The notes under the pieces: generated by a model
The model's input: the letters and a program-made list of their open reading frames with translations, nothing else
The model's database searches: none
What the model was told of the DNA's origin: nothing
Program-made: the position numbers and the translations under genes
From: Magnetococcales bacterium
Lineage (GTDB): Bacteria > Pseudomonadota > Magnetococcia > Magnetococcales > UBA8363
Assembly: GCA_015228925.1 (NCBI GenBank)
Contig: JADGCQ010000005.1
Location: 3,394 to 67,393 of the forward strand
Direction of reading: 5' to 3'
DNA length: 64,000 nt
Shown: positions 1 through 9,916 of the stretch, in pieces
Position numbering within the stretch: position 1 is the stretch's first letter
Layout: every line of letters starts with the position of its first letter

Positions 1-75
1 TACATGCGTGCTGGCGGTATCATGACGCTGTTATTCCTTGTGGTTCTTCTTGTTATGCTGAATATCGTATTCTGA
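1..75 (+). CDS. 3' end of an ORF truncated by the window edge; hydrophobic membrane-protein C-terminus
   Basis: Frame 1 is open from base 1 to TGA at 73-75 (...AGGIMTLLFLVVLLVMLNIVF*). Confidence 0.3.
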   Translation, partial: YMRAGGIMTLLFLVVLLVMLNIVF

Positions 76-81
76 GGCACG

Positions 82-115
82 ATGACCATGGCCGGAATCT
101 TCTGGCCATGGTCAT
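82..115 (+). terminator. Perfect 12-bp stem hairpin (atgaccatggcc / ggccatggtcat, 10-nt loop) just after the stop codon
   Basis: Inverted repeat read directly. There is no long T-run, so terminator function is tentative. Confidence 0.35.
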
Positions 116-324
116 TTCCCAGCATGAATGAATAGGAATGTCAATACACCCTAGGGCGTGTTGACATTTGATAATTTGTTCGCCCCCCTGAAAAAGTGCC
201 AATACAATCTCAGAAAAATCAATCATACCCCGTTGCGATCCGTCGCCATATCCATTGGGATGGTGTTAAATAGGCGACAGACGTTCATCCCAATCACTTA
301 TCCTATGCTAAGGGCCACCCCACC

Positions 325-1464
325 ATGAAACCCATTGTCATCATCGGTTCCGGTCTCGCGGGCTATGGTCTGCTCAGAGAACTGAAAAATCGCCAGTGCC
401 CATCTCCACGACTCCTGATTACCGCCGACGGGGGGGAGTCTTATTATAAGCCGAACCTCTCATCGAGCTTAGCCAAAAAAAAGTCGGCATCGGATCTCGT
501 CATGTCCCAAGCCACCACCATAGCCCAGGAAATGAGTGCCGAAATCCTCACCCATACCCGTGTTGTCGCAGTGGATGCCACCCAACACAAACTATTCTTG
601 AACAACGGCCAGGAGCGCGTTTACAGTCAACTGGTCCTCGCCGTCGGTTCCAACCCCATCCGTCTCCCACTGACCGGCGACGGAGCCGGGGAAGTCCTCT
701 CCGTCAACAATCTGGACGATTATGCCCTGTTCCAGAAAAAACTGGTCCACGCCCAACGCATCGCCATCATTGGACCCGGCCTTATCGGATCGGAATTCGC
801 CAATGATCTCATTCTGTCAGGACGCCAAGTCACCATCATCGGCCCCGACCCCTGGCCCATCAGCACCCTCGTGCCACAAACAGCAGGATTGGCCGTGCAA
901 CAGGCCATGGCCGACAAGGGGGCCATCTGGCACCTGGAAACGTTCAATGGTCCCATAGAAAAAACATCCTCTGGTTATGCCACCACCCTGAAAAATGGTG
1001 TCACCGTCGCAGCCGATCTCATCCTCTCCGCCGTAGGAATCCGCGCCGAAACCCAGCTAGCCTCCCAAAGCGGCCTGAAAACCAACCGTGGCATCGTTAC
1101 GGATGCGTTCCTGCAAACCAGTTCACCCAATATTTTTGCCCTGGGCGATTGCGCCGAGGTCGATGGGAGAAGCCTTCCGTTCGTCCAACCCTTGATGATC
1201 GGCACCAGGGCCTTGGCCGCCACCCTCATGGGGCAACCTCAAAAGGTGCAGTATCCCCCCATGCCGGTACAGATCAAGACCACTTTGCACCCGGTCATCA
1301 CACTGCCGCCACAAACCAAAGAGGGCCGATGGATTTTTGAAGGGACACCCACAGCGGGTATTTCTGGAAAATTCTTGACCGGCGATGACAAACTGGCGGG
1401 GTTCGTTCTGACTGGAGACCGGATCGCAGAGAAAACAACGCTCATGGAAACATTGGCCCCATGA
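325..1464 (+). CDS. FAD-dependent pyridine nucleotide-disulfide oxidoreductase, rubredoxin-reductase / NorW-like
   Basis: N-terminal dinucleotide-binding motif IVIIGSGLAGY, second Rossmann motif IAIIGPGLIGSEFA, and the GDCA motif near the C-terminal third. Length is 379 aa. Confidence 0.8.
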   Translation: MKPIVIIGSGLAGYGLLRELKNRQCPSPRLLITADGGESYYKPNLSSSLAKKKSASDLVMSQATTIAQEMSAEILTHTRVVAVDATQHKLFLNNGQERVYSQLVLAVGSNPIRLPLTGDGAGEVLSVNNLDDYALFQKKLVHAQRIAIIGPGLIGSEFANDLILSGRQVTIIGPDPWPISTLVPQTAGLAVQQAMADKGAIWHLETFNGPIEKTSSGYATTLKNGVTVAADLILSAVGIRAETQLASQSGLKTNRGIVTDAFLQTSSPNIFALGDCAEVDGRSLPFVQPLMIGTRALAATLMGQPQKVQYPPMPVQIKTTLHPVITLPPQTKEGRWIFEGTPTAGISGKFLTGDDKLAGFVLTGDRIAEKTTLMETLAP

Positions 1465-1530
1465 GCGCACACTTAAACCGATATTCCATGGAATGAATAC
1501 TTTTTCTTGACGTTCCCTGCGGCATCATCG

Positions 1531-1561
1531 GGAAGGGGGAGAGGGAAACCTCCCCCCCCCC
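1531..1561. terminator. G-rich/C-rich hairpin ending in a C10 run, between convergent genes
   Basis: gggaagggggagaggg-aaa-cctcccccccccc read directly. It lies between the stops of the 325..1464 (+) and 1587..1820 (-) genes. Confidence 0.3.
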
Positions 1562-1586
1562 GGCACTTCAATCCAAGTCCGACGGC

Positions 1587-1820
1587 TCACATCATCGACA
1601 TTCTACGATCCTGGCCGCTGATCCGCTCCAACAGGCGTTCCAGTTCACACGCCAGTTGAGAATTCATATCAATATGGCGGGTATAGACCTGCTGCATCAG
1701 GAATTCAGCCTTCGACCTGTTGTCGATGTATTCGCTGTAAAGTCCCTCACGTATATCGCTGTTCATCGGTCCAGACTCCCAAAAGTTCCGTGGTGCTGCT
1801 TCGTTGATTTTTGTGTTCAT
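1587..1820 (-). CDS. Small hypothetical protein (77 aa)
   Basis: ORF with ATG at 1820 preceded by aaaggtgagg (SD-like). No recognisable domain. Confidence 0.45.
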   Translation of the reverse strand: MNTKINEAAPRNFWESGPMNSDIREGLYSEYIDNRSKAEFLMQQVYTRHIDMNSQLACELERLLERISGQDRRMSMM

Positions 1821-2377
1821 TTTCCTCACCTTTCAACATCACTTGTCCAATTCAATGGATCTTTACCCCATGCCCAATAACAAGCATAAAACAGGCCATA
1901 TTGACGAACATCAAACCGTCATCCACTTTGGCCCGAACAAGGGGTGAAAACACTCAGGTTCCCGGGCACGCCGTCCCAAATGGCTCCGTGGGAAATCCGA
2001 TCAAACCGTACCAAGAATGCTTTGATACCGTCAAAAATTTACCCTATGTCTAAATTCTGACACTGGCCACCCATGCCAACCGGCACCATGTCGGGATCTG
2101 CCCGAATGCCCAACAGGTTGCCTTTATTTTAATCATTTTGGATTGATGGTTCGGTATTCTGGTCGTTGAGTCGCAAAAGCATCATTGTCCCATTTAACCC
2201 GCCACGCAAAACACCCGATACAACGGCTAAAGATCATCAACTTGGCAAAAGACTATCGACATGATAGTTTGTCACGATGATCGTCCACCAGACACATATG
2301 AATGTTGTTTTTTTTATTGGGAAGATTCCTCTCCACAACAAAACAATCCTGAAGGATCTATAAAGGGATACCTTTGA

Positions 2378-4924
2378 TTGGAACTGCTCTACACCATTGC
2401 GGATATCATCAGAAATGACGATGGATTGACAATCCTGTGCATTGTCGTTGCGTTCCTCGCCGTATTTCTGACACTGGAAATCACAGCCCGCTTATCCAAT
2501 AACCATGATGCCAATCGGAAACGTAAAACACGTTATCTGGGCTCCTTGGTTTTGGGGCTGGGGTTATGGATCATCCACCAAGTTGCGCTCTCTCTACAAA
2601 TCCCCACCGGATCATACACCACCCATCTCCACCATTTTGAACACCCTATAGACATCGCTCTCCCCCTGGGAACATCCCTGATACTCGCGCTGTGCGTCGC
2701 GAATACCCTCCTCTCCTTCCCCAGGAAAACAAGCCATCTGCTCTGGGCCAGCTTTTGTCTGGGGCTGGGGTTGCCTGGCGTCGTCGCTGTCGGACTGTTC
2801 TCACATCACGCCAGCGGACTCTGGTTCTTCAATGTCATGGAAACGGCATTCGCTTTCGTCTGCACCACCGCCGCCATTTTCAGTGCTTTTTATCTGGTTT
2901 TAAAGCTTCCAGCCCACTATGCCCTCTCCACCTCCGCACGCTACCTGCTTGCGACCAATCTTCTAACCTTTAGCCTGTTCCTCGGCAATATCCTCTTCAT
3001 CAACGCCTTTTACACCCTCGCCCCGGCGATGCAAACCGAGGAGAATGCGGCTATCGGACATAGCATATTGAGCTTTATAGTCATTATAATTCTTTTTATC
3101 GTTGTTTTATCTCACTATTGGCATCTCGACCAAGAGCGCGTCTCTTTGGAGAAGAGCGTCCATGACCTGCAATTGTCGCAGGAAATCGCCCATATGGGCC
3201 ACTGGGAATGGGATCTGGTAACCGACGACATCACTTGGTCAAACCGATTGGCCGTCATCTTTTCAATGCCATCGGATAGAAATCGTGCCGATCTTTTTTC
3301 AAACACCATTCATCCCAATGATCGTGTGGATGTGATGCAATGCCGCAGGCAAGCACGTCTGGACCCCCTTGGCCAATGGTCCATCCGCTATCGCATCATC
3401 TGTCCCAACGGTGAAATACGGATGATTCGCGAACATGGACGCACCTTAACCAACCTACACGGCACACCAACCCGGCTGTTGGCGACTGTCGCCAATGTGA
3501 CCCATATTTATGATATGGAAAAACGGGAGGAACGGGTGATGCAGTCCCAGATTGCCCTGAGCGCGTTATTGGAAACGGGGCTGGAACCCTTGGACTTGGA
3601 AAAACAGCTTAATGTTGCACTCCATATCATTCTTACCGTCCCTTGGCTGTCGATCAAATATCAGGGATCCATCTTTCTCGTCGATCCCGATTCGGGCGAT
3701 TTGCGACTGGCCTCCCATATCGGCCTGTCGGAGCAGCAAGTGCGTTTGTGCAGCCACGTCAAGCGCGGCCATTGTCTTTGCGGAAAAGCACTAGCACAAC
3801 AAAAAATTGTCTTCACCTCACATCTCGATGAAAATCACCCGATCACCTATCCTGGCATAGTCCCTCATGGGCACTATTGTGTCCCCATCGTTTCCCGCAG
3901 CCGGGTCGTCGGAGTACTCAATCTCTATGTTCCCCACGGCTATGAAAAAAATTCCGAGGAGGACGCCTTTTTAACCACCATTTCCAACACCCTGGCGGGG
4001 TTAATCGATTTACGCCATACCCAGGCCCGGTTGGCCAACAAACAGGAATTCATTACCACCATTCTGCGCACCGCACCATCCCTGGTCCTCGTATTAGACC
4101 AAGATGGACGGGTTATCCTGTTCAACCATGCCTGTCAAACACTGACGGGATACACGGAAGAGGAGGTGGTAGGACGCGAAATTTGGAAGTTTTTGATTCC
4201 CCCTTCCGAAGTCGTCGAATTAAAGGAAAAACTTCAAGGTCTTTACCCGGGAGGGAGGCCGCTCGACCACGAAGGGCACTGGTTGACCATCCATGGGGAT
4301 GCCCCCCTGATTGCCTGGTCGAGTACCGCCATCGCCACCACCGAAAATACCCAACGCCATATCGTCGGCACTGGCGTGGATATTTCGCAAAAGCGGCGCG
4401 CAGAACAACAACTGCGCTTTTTGGCCAGTCATGATTCACTCACCGGGTTGCCCAACCGATCCCAATTTATGGAACATTTGATCGTCAGCCTAGCCCAAGC
4501 CAAAAGAAGTGGACGCCATCTGGCGGTGTTATTTTTGGATTTGGATCGTTTTAAAACGGTCAACGACACCCTCGGACACGAAATTGGTGATCGACTGCTC
4601 ACCGCAGCCGCCTCGCGCATCCGCAGCAGCGTCCGAGAAATGGATGTAGTCGCCCGCATTGGTGGTGATGAATTTACCGTCCTTATGACGGGGCTTGTGG
4701 ATATCGACCCCATCGCCACCATCGCCAAGAAAATTATCACCAACATTGATAAAATTTTTGAAATCGATCAACACCCCTGTCACATCGGTGTCAGCGTCGG
4801 CATCGGTCTGTTCCCCGAACATGGCGACGATCCCCAGACCCTGCTGAAAAAAGCGGACCAGGCTATGTATGCCGTCAAAGAGTCCGGTCGCAACAGCTTT
4901 AAAATTTGGGATGAAACGTGTTGA
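2378..4924 (+). CDS. Membrane sensor diguanylate cyclase: multi-TM N-terminus, PAS, GAF, PAS, GGDEF
   Basis: About 7 hydrophobic segments at the N-terminus. GAF-like CxC-containing middle region. Intact GGDEF (RIGGDEFTVLM) with RxxD I-site (REMD) five residues upstream. TTG start as given by the ORF track. Confidence 0.85.
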   Translation: MELLYTIADIIRNDDGLTILCIVVAFLAVFLTLEITARLSNNHDANRKRKTRYLGSLVLGLGLWIIHQVALSLQIPTGSYTTHLHHFEHPIDIALPLGTSLILALCVANTLLSFPRKTSHLLWASFCLGLGLPGVVAVGLFSHHASGLWFFNVMETAFAFVCTTAAIFSAFYLVLKLPAHYALSTSARYLLATNLLTFSLFLGNILFINAFYTLAPAMQTEENAAIGHSILSFIVIIILFIVVLSHYWHLDQERVSLEKSVHDLQLSQEIAHMGHWEWDLVTDDITWSNRLAVIFSMPSDRNRADLFSNTIHPNDRVDVMQCRRQARLDPLGQWSIRYRIICPNGEIRMIREHGRTLTNLHGTPTRLLATVANVTHIYDMEKREERVMQSQIALSALLETGLEPLDLEKQLNVALHIILTVPWLSIKYQGSIFLVDPDSGDLRLASHIGLSEQQVRLCSHVKRGHCLCGKALAQQKIVFTSHLDENHPITYPGIVPHGHYCVPIVSRSRVVGVLNLYVPHGYEKNSEEDAFLTTISNTLAGLIDLRHTQARLANKQEFITTILRTAPSLVLVLDQDGRVILFNHACQTLTGYTEEEVVGREIWKFLIPPSEVVELKEKLQGLYPGGRPLDHEGHWLTIHGDAPLIAWSSTAIATTENTQRHIVGTGVDISQKRRAEQQLRFLASHDSLTGLPNRSQFMEHLIVSLAQAKRSGRHLAVLFLDLDRFKTVNDTLGHEIGDRLLTAAASRIRSSVREMDVVARIGGDEFTVLMTGLVDIDPIATIAKKIITNIDKIFEIDQHPCHIGVSVGIGLFPEHGDDPQTLLKKADQAMYAVKESGRNSFKIWDETC

Positions 4925-4962
4925 TATGTGATTGAAGACATTTTCCCAATGAGGAGTAGAAT

Positions 4963-5163
4963 ATGGAACAACTGGATCGCATTACCCAGCAACCCGACGT
5001 GATGGGTGGCAAAGCGTGTATCCGTGGGATGCGCGTTACGGTCGGTATGGTTGTCGGCCAAATCGGTGCTGGCCATAGCATCGAGGAAATCCTTCTCGAC
5101 TATCCTTATATTGAGCGCGAAGACATTCTCCAGGCGTTACGTTACGCCGCATGGCGGACATAA
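4963..5163 (+). CDS. DUF433-family small protein (antitoxin-like HTH)
   Basis: 66 aa. PDVMGGKACIRGMRVTV ... ILLDYPYIEREDILQALRYA is the typical DUF433 pattern. Confidence 0.75.
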   Translation: MEQLDRITQQPDVMGGKACIRGMRVTVGMVVGQIGAGHSIEEILLDYPYIEREDILQALRYAAWRT

Positions 5164-5323
5164 CCGTTCATCCCCCCTTTCAGACTTTTGATTCAAATAT
5201 CAAAAAAAAAGATTCAAAAGCAAAAAATTGGAGCTTTTGATTTAAAGTCAAAACCCTGGGGAAAGAATTCCCCAGACCCCTTCTTTCTTTTCAATAGTTT
5301 TTTAGGGGAGGTCTGAACGGTTA
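5161..5323. repeat. MITE-like non-coding element, copy A (10-bp perfect terminal inverted repeats taaccgttca / tgaacggtta)
   Basis: The core agcttttgatttaaagtcaaaaccctgggg...ccccagacccct recurs at 53267-53330. The internal ctgggg/ccccag hairpin and the TIRs were read directly. Confidence 0.6.
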
Positions 5324-5345
5324 CGGAGAAACCTGCCACGATCCC

Positions 5346-6728
5346 TTAACCCTTGACCGATTCATTCTGAGTGATGAACGTATGATAGGGAAGATCCAGA
5401 ATATGGTGAAAGGTGATGATGATGGCTACCATGAAGGTGATCAGACAGGCGGCGAAATATCCAAAACCATAATAGGGAAAGCCAAGATTCATCGATAACA
5501 GCGAGAAGACAAAGTTGGATAGCAGGAAGATGAAACTAACCTGTAATGCCTTGCGGCGACAATCAAAATAGGACAAAAGAATATTCATGAACAAAATACA
5601 GACGTGGTAAAATGCCCCCAACACCCCCAGCCGATACATCCCCATCTGTTTAAAGTTGATGCCAAACCAGGTAAACAGATGCGGTGCCATCAAAATAGCC
5701 AACAGGCTGATCCCCCCCTGGAGAATCAAAAAATTACGCCCGCTCACATGCACCGCTTCGATCAGTTGTTTATGATTGTCCCGGATGACCTGAAAATTGG
5801 CGTGTTTTTGAATGTCTCGGTAAAATTTTAAATAATGTTCATAAAATCGAGTCTCCATGCTCAACACAAAGGAGGCCATGGAGGGGACGATGGAAAGATA
5901 GGCGAGAAACATGGCACTATCATAGTTGGAATAGGAGAGAAATCCCCCGGCCACCACATCTCTTTCTGGACAAAACCACATGATCCATTTGTCCACCCAA
6001 GCGGCCAAATTAAACGTCAAACCGACCAGGGCCAAATCCCAATACCGCCTGAAATAGGGGAGAAATCCGAAAAAGTTTTTGGCTTCATAGGGATATTCGG
6101 CAAAGACCCGGGCGATGATCCCAAACAGGATGATGGCCAACCCCGCATTGAAACCAAAAAACATCCCCACCACCCCCAGATCCTTGGCCAAAAAAGGGTT
6201 GGAAATGCCACCAAACGCCATGCCGATAAGAAAAATACGGATAACCATTTTATAATCTTTGAGTGCGGTGATAAAAATGGTCACCAACCAGACACCATTG
6301 ATCAAAAAATAATTGATGAAGGCACTGAGTGCCGTCATAAACTCAATATCGACATAGAAAAAATAAAATAAAAAAGCCAGCGGAAACTGTATCGCATAGA
6401 TCAAAATCAATCCCCCCAGGAGGGCACCGGGGGCTTTTTCCACCTCTTTCAGAAAAATCAAATCGGAGATATACCGGGTAAGCACCATCACAATGGGGCC
6501 GGATATCACCAAAGAAAATGAAAAATTATAAATGATAGCAATGCGAAAGGTAATCTGTTGCTCGACGGTGGTAAAATACGATCCCAGAGCCACAATCCCC
6601 GTGAGGGCCAGGATGGTGAACAACCAGGGGCCGGTCGCCACCAATGCCGAATAACCAAATCCGCTCAAAAGGCCAATCAGATTGTCCTTGGTCGTCAGAT
6701 TACGCAATACAAAACCGATACCGGCCAT
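5346..6728 (-). CDS. pelG: Pel polysaccharide biosynthesis membrane protein PelG
   Basis: 460 aa polytopic membrane protein starting MAGIGFVLRNL, typical of PelG. It is the last gene of the pel-ordered operon. Confidence 0.8.
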   Translation of the reverse strand: MAGIGFVLRNLTTKDNLIGLLSGFGYSALVATGPWLFTILALTGIVALGSYFTTVEQQITFRIAIIYNFSFSLVISGPIVMVLTRYISDLIFLKEVEKAPGALLGGLILIYAIQFPLAFLFYFFYVDIEFMTALSAFINYFLINGVWLVTIFITALKDYKMVIRIFLIGMAFGGISNPFLAKDLGVVGMFFGFNAGLAIILFGIIARVFAEYPYEAKNFFGFLPYFRRYWDLALVGLTFNLAAWVDKWIMWFCPERDVVAGGFLSYSNYDSAMFLAYLSIVPSMASFVLSMETRFYEHYLKFYRDIQKHANFQVIRDNHKQLIEAVHVSGRNFLILQGGISLLAILMAPHLFTWFGINFKQMGMYRLGVLGAFYHVCILFMNILLSYFDCRRKALQVSFIFLLSNFVFSLLSMNLGFPYYGFGYFAACLITFMVAIIITFHHILDLPYHTFITQNESVKG

Positions 6729-6731
6729 GCT

Positions 6732-8309
6732 TTAAACCTCGTCGAGACGGCTGGTGGGACATTGGCATAAGCCGGTATAAATCTCCCGGTAGGTCTGTGT
6801 CAGGGTATCCTGGTCATAATAGGTTTTGACCCGTTGGCGAATCGCCTGGGAACATTGTTGCCACCAGGAGGGTTGCGTCAACAGACGTGCCAACTCCTGG
6901 GCCGTCTCGGATGGATTGGAAACCCGTGTCACCGCCCCCCCCGGCCCCAATGGGGGATCCTCCGTCGCCATCCCCAAGATCATCTCACGACAGGCCCCCA
7001 CATCGGTCGCCACCGTCGGAACACCGGCAGCCCCCGCCTCCAAAATCACCAAAGGTTGCCCCTCACTGATGCTGGTCAATACCAACACATCAATCTTGCC
7101 CAAATAGTCCACCAAGTTGACCCGACCCGTGAATACAACCATCTCCTGCAACCGAAAATGATGGATCAACCCCATGCACTCTTCATAATAGCCTTCATCC
7201 TCTTCCGTCGGTCCCATCACCAGAGCCATGGCTGTGGGAACCGCATGGCGCAGAATGGCGCACGCCTGAATGAATCCTTTGATATCTTTGATGGGGACCA
7301 CCCGGCCAATCAAGGCGATGGTGGGGGGTCTGCTCCCCTTGTCGGAGACCAAATTTTCAAACCGACGCCAAGCAATCCCATTGGGAATCACCCGCATTTT
7401 CTCAGGGTCAGCCCCATCCGCCTTCTGGAAATCCTGATTACCCCCATAGATGGTGATGATCTGATCACACGCCTGGTAGCAAGCTTTGGAATAAGCCTGG
7501 AACGCATGAATCCACAGTTTGCGGCAATCATTGCGATGCCCTTCCAACTGCAAACCGGCATGGGGATCCTCATAAAGCCAGTCGGCCATGGTGATTTCGA
7601 TACGACGTTCATTGGTGTAGATACCGTGTTCACAGACAATCACCGGACGATGGGTTTCCAGACGGGCACGGGCGAGAAAAAGACCAGCATAGCCCGTGGA
7701 CAGGGAATGATAGGTCTTGGCCTTGGGGAGGTCGGCAAGGAGAATGGTGAACAGATTTCCGGCAAGATAACGCCAAGTCCAAAAAAAGTCCAAAAACGGC
7801 CCCCCCGGCAACAACCGCTCATAAAGTTTCAACAAAAGCTCCCAGGCAGGTTTGGAATTCAATAACCACCCTGGATCCAGACGCCGTTCATAGGGTGCCA
7901 ACGTTGCAATGATCTGCCGCAACGCCGGCAGCCCCCCCTCCTCCTGAAATTGATACAACCCCTGTTCCAAAGCGGCAAACAAGGCGACCGGAAGTTCCCG
8001 ATACCCCAACTTCCCCTGGGGTGGGGCCAGGGTGACATGGGTGATCCCATGGACGTTGGCGGGAATCTCATAACGGGTCTGAAGTTTTTGATTGGGTGCC
8101 AAAAGGGTCAGAAGGTGAAAACGAAATTCGGGGAGACTCTGGATCAGTTCATGAACCCAACCCGAAACGCCACCCGCCACGTAAGGATATGTCCCCTCGA
8201 CAATCAGACAGATATCGATATCTTCCACACCCGACGCCGAAGCCTTGGATCTGCCGATCAAGGATTTGGACCATTTCCAAGCACCCGGATTCCATAAGCG
8301 GGTCATCAT
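6732..8309 (-). CDS. pelF: Pel glycosyltransferase PelF (GT4 family)
   Basis: DICLIVEGTYPYVAGGVSGWVHELI N-terminal motif and the C-terminal GT4 E-x7-E region (SEGQPLVILEAGAAGVP). The start was chosen at ATG 8309, which overlaps the pelE stop (ATGA). Confidence 0.9.
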   Translation of the reverse strand: MMTRLWNPGAWKWSKSLIGRSKASASGVEDIDICLIVEGTYPYVAGGVSGWVHELIQSLPEFRFHLLTLLAPNQKLQTRYEIPANVHGITHVTLAPPQGKLGYRELPVALFAALEQGLYQFQEEGGLPALRQIIATLAPYERRLDPGWLLNSKPAWELLLKLYERLLPGGPFLDFFWTWRYLAGNLFTILLADLPKAKTYHSLSTGYAGLFLARARLETHRPVIVCEHGIYTNERRIEITMADWLYEDPHAGLQLEGHRNDCRKLWIHAFQAYSKACYQACDQIITIYGGNQDFQKADGADPEKMRVIPNGIAWRRFENLVSDKGSRPPTIALIGRVVPIKDIKGFIQACAILRHAVPTAMALVMGPTEEDEGYYEECMGLIHHFRLQEMVVFTGRVNLVDYLGKIDVLVLTSISEGQPLVILEAGAAGVPTVATDVGACREMILGMATEDPPLGPGGAVTRVSNPSETAQELARLLTQPSWWQQCSQAIRQRVKTYYDQDTLTQTYREIYTGLCQCPTSRLDEV

Positions 8310-9910
8310 GACACAGCCAGATGCGTTTGAATTTGCGCTTCGATGCGCGCCGCCCATTGCGCCAGATTTTGAGAATCCATATCGACAAATTGCACTTTGG
8401 TTTTGGCTTCGGTTTTCAACTGCCTTTGGGCCATATCGGTGGCCAGCGCGGTCAGAATATCGGGCTTGCCACGAATGATGGGGATAAAATCTTGGATCGA
8501 AATTTCCAGCAGCCGACATTTTTCAGTCAATGCCAAGCAATTGGCATTTCGTTTGGCCCCGGTCAACAAAGACATCTCACCAAAATAATTCCCCTCACCC
8601 AGTCGCGCCACCTCCATCGATCCTTGGCCAGGGGTATCCAAGGTCACCACAACCATACCGGAAACAATCAAGTAAAAAGAGTCCCCCGTTTCACCCTGAC
8701 GAACAATGGTTTCCCCCTCCTTGTACTCAAGAACCTTCCCCGCCTTGACCAAGGAGGTCCGTTCAGGAACACTGAAGAATTGGAAAATCGGCACATGATG
8801 CAGACCATCGCCATTATACCATCCCGACCATAAATCCACCGTATCTCGGATACGGACCATCCAATCTTCGTCACCCAAAAACAGCTTTCGGTGGTGCTGG
8901 GACAACGCCGCCAGTTGATCAAACCGTTTCAGCTTGAACAAAGTCTCCATGGCCCAAAGGACCATTGGGTGGGTCGCCTCCCCGTGACGCAGGGTCGCCT
9001 CAAAAAATTCCGCAGCCTCCTCCAGTGCCCCGGAACGGACCAAAGTTCGTCCCAAAGCGATGGCGATCCCGTGGTCCCCAGGTCGCCCCGCCAGACAGGC
9101 ACGATATCCAGCGATGGCCTTTTGGCGATTTTCCCCCTCCCGGACCGGATCCAACAACCCTGTAAAGGCAAAATCATCATAATGCCGAGCGACCGTCAAA
9201 ACCAGTTCCATATCCTCAGGATGATGTTCCAGTTGTTGCTCAAACGCCATGGTACGACGCATGAAACTGTTTTCAACATGAGAAATGGCCGTCGCCGCTT
9301 GAACCCGGACCGCATTGTCGGCATTGTTCACCGCTTCCCGCAGTACCGGTGCAAACGCAGGTTTAAAATGGCGTGACATTTTGGCAATCATGGTTTGTTT
9401 TTGTTCCTGCGTCCCATAGGCCAAAATATCCATGAACGGCGTCAAAGCTGCGTTGGCATTGGCCCCCTGGCTTTCAATCCGGGACATGAGTTCCATGGAG
9501 GCATGGATAAAATCGGCGGGAAACAAACTTTCATACCATTCCTCAAAGGAGGTCGCCGTTTTACGATATTCCCAAAACAGCCCAAAGGCCAACATAACAC
9601 CGATAATCCCCACAAACCCCATCATGCCGGTCGCCAGGGGGAGAAGATAATAAAATCCGTTGAGGCACGGAGATGGCCTGTTTCTTCCGCGATACCACGC
9701 CCAGAAAAACAGCACCAAAGCCAAGACACTGTGCCATCCGATCAAATAGACCGGGGTTTTCAGGGGATCCAACCCATACTCCCAAAACATGCCCCACAAC
9801 AGCGCAATCTGGAGGAGACACACCAGCAGACACAGCAGCATAAACCAAAAAGCGCAAGAAAAATCCCGTTCATCCGCCAACGGTTCCATGGAAATGGGAG
9901 AACCGGACAT
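8306..9910 (-). CDS. pelE: PelE-like TM/TPR protein fused to a C-terminal cyclic-nucleotide-binding (CAP_ED) domain
   Basis: Sits at the position of pelE in the operon. N-terminal TM helices, then a helical TPR-like middle region. The C-terminus reads FFSVPERTSLVKAGKVLEYKEGETIVRQGETGDSFYLIVSGMVVV...YFGEMSLLTGAKRNAN. Confidence 0.7.
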   Translation of the reverse strand: MSGSPISMEPLADERDFSCAFWFMLLCLLVCLLQIALLWGMFWEYGLDPLKTPVYLIGWHSVLALVLFFWAWYRGRNRPSPCLNGFYYLLPLATGMMGFVGIIGVMLAFGLFWEYRKTATSFEEWYESLFPADFIHASMELMSRIESQGANANAALTPFMDILAYGTQEQKQTMIAKMSRHFKPAFAPVLREAVNNADNAVRVQAATAISHVENSFMRRTMAFEQQLEHHPEDMELVLTVARHYDDFAFTGLLDPVREGENRQKAIAGYRACLAGRPGDHGIAIALGRTLVRSGALEEAAEFFEATLRHGEATHPMVLWAMETLFKLKRFDQLAALSQHHRKLFLGDEDWMVRIRDTVDLWSGWYNGDGLHHVPIFQFFSVPERTSLVKAGKVLEYKEGETIVRQGETGDSFYLIVSGMVVVTLDTPGQGSMEVARLGEGNYFGEMSLLTGAKRNANCLALTEKCRLLEISIQDFIPIIRGKPDILTALATDMAQRQLKTEAKTKVQFVDMDSQNLAQWAARIEAQIQTHLAVS

Positions 9911-9916
9911 GTCGCG

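Noticed and set aside
1552-1561. C10 homopolymer as a possible phase-variation tract
   Set aside because: It is intergenic between two convergent stop codons and forms part of a hairpin, so it cannot shift a reading frame or a promoter spacer
5161-5323. Possibility that the repeated elements (also 53031-53388) are insertion sequences
   Set aside because: Neither copy nor its flanks contains a transposase-like ORF. The small ORFs across copy B are low-complexity artefacts. The elements are treated as non-autonomous MITE/REP-like
6834-7865. Long ORFs antisense to recognisable genes: this 343-aa ORF opposite pelF, and similar ones at 9395-10342, 13221-13907, 20370-21326, 23169-24128, 29869-30615, 47091-47849, 53879-54871, 55186-55962 and 59175-60008
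   Set aside because: Each lies opposite a gene with clear family motifs. Their translations are low-complexity (rich in P, R, G, H and Q) with no motifs. They are typical shadow ORFs of a mid-to-high-GC genome
8310-8519. 70-codon N-terminal extension of the pelF ORF in the supplied track
   Set aside because: The extension overlaps the pelE coding region. The internal ATG at 8309 forms an ATGA overlap with the pelE stop and gives a PelF of canonical length
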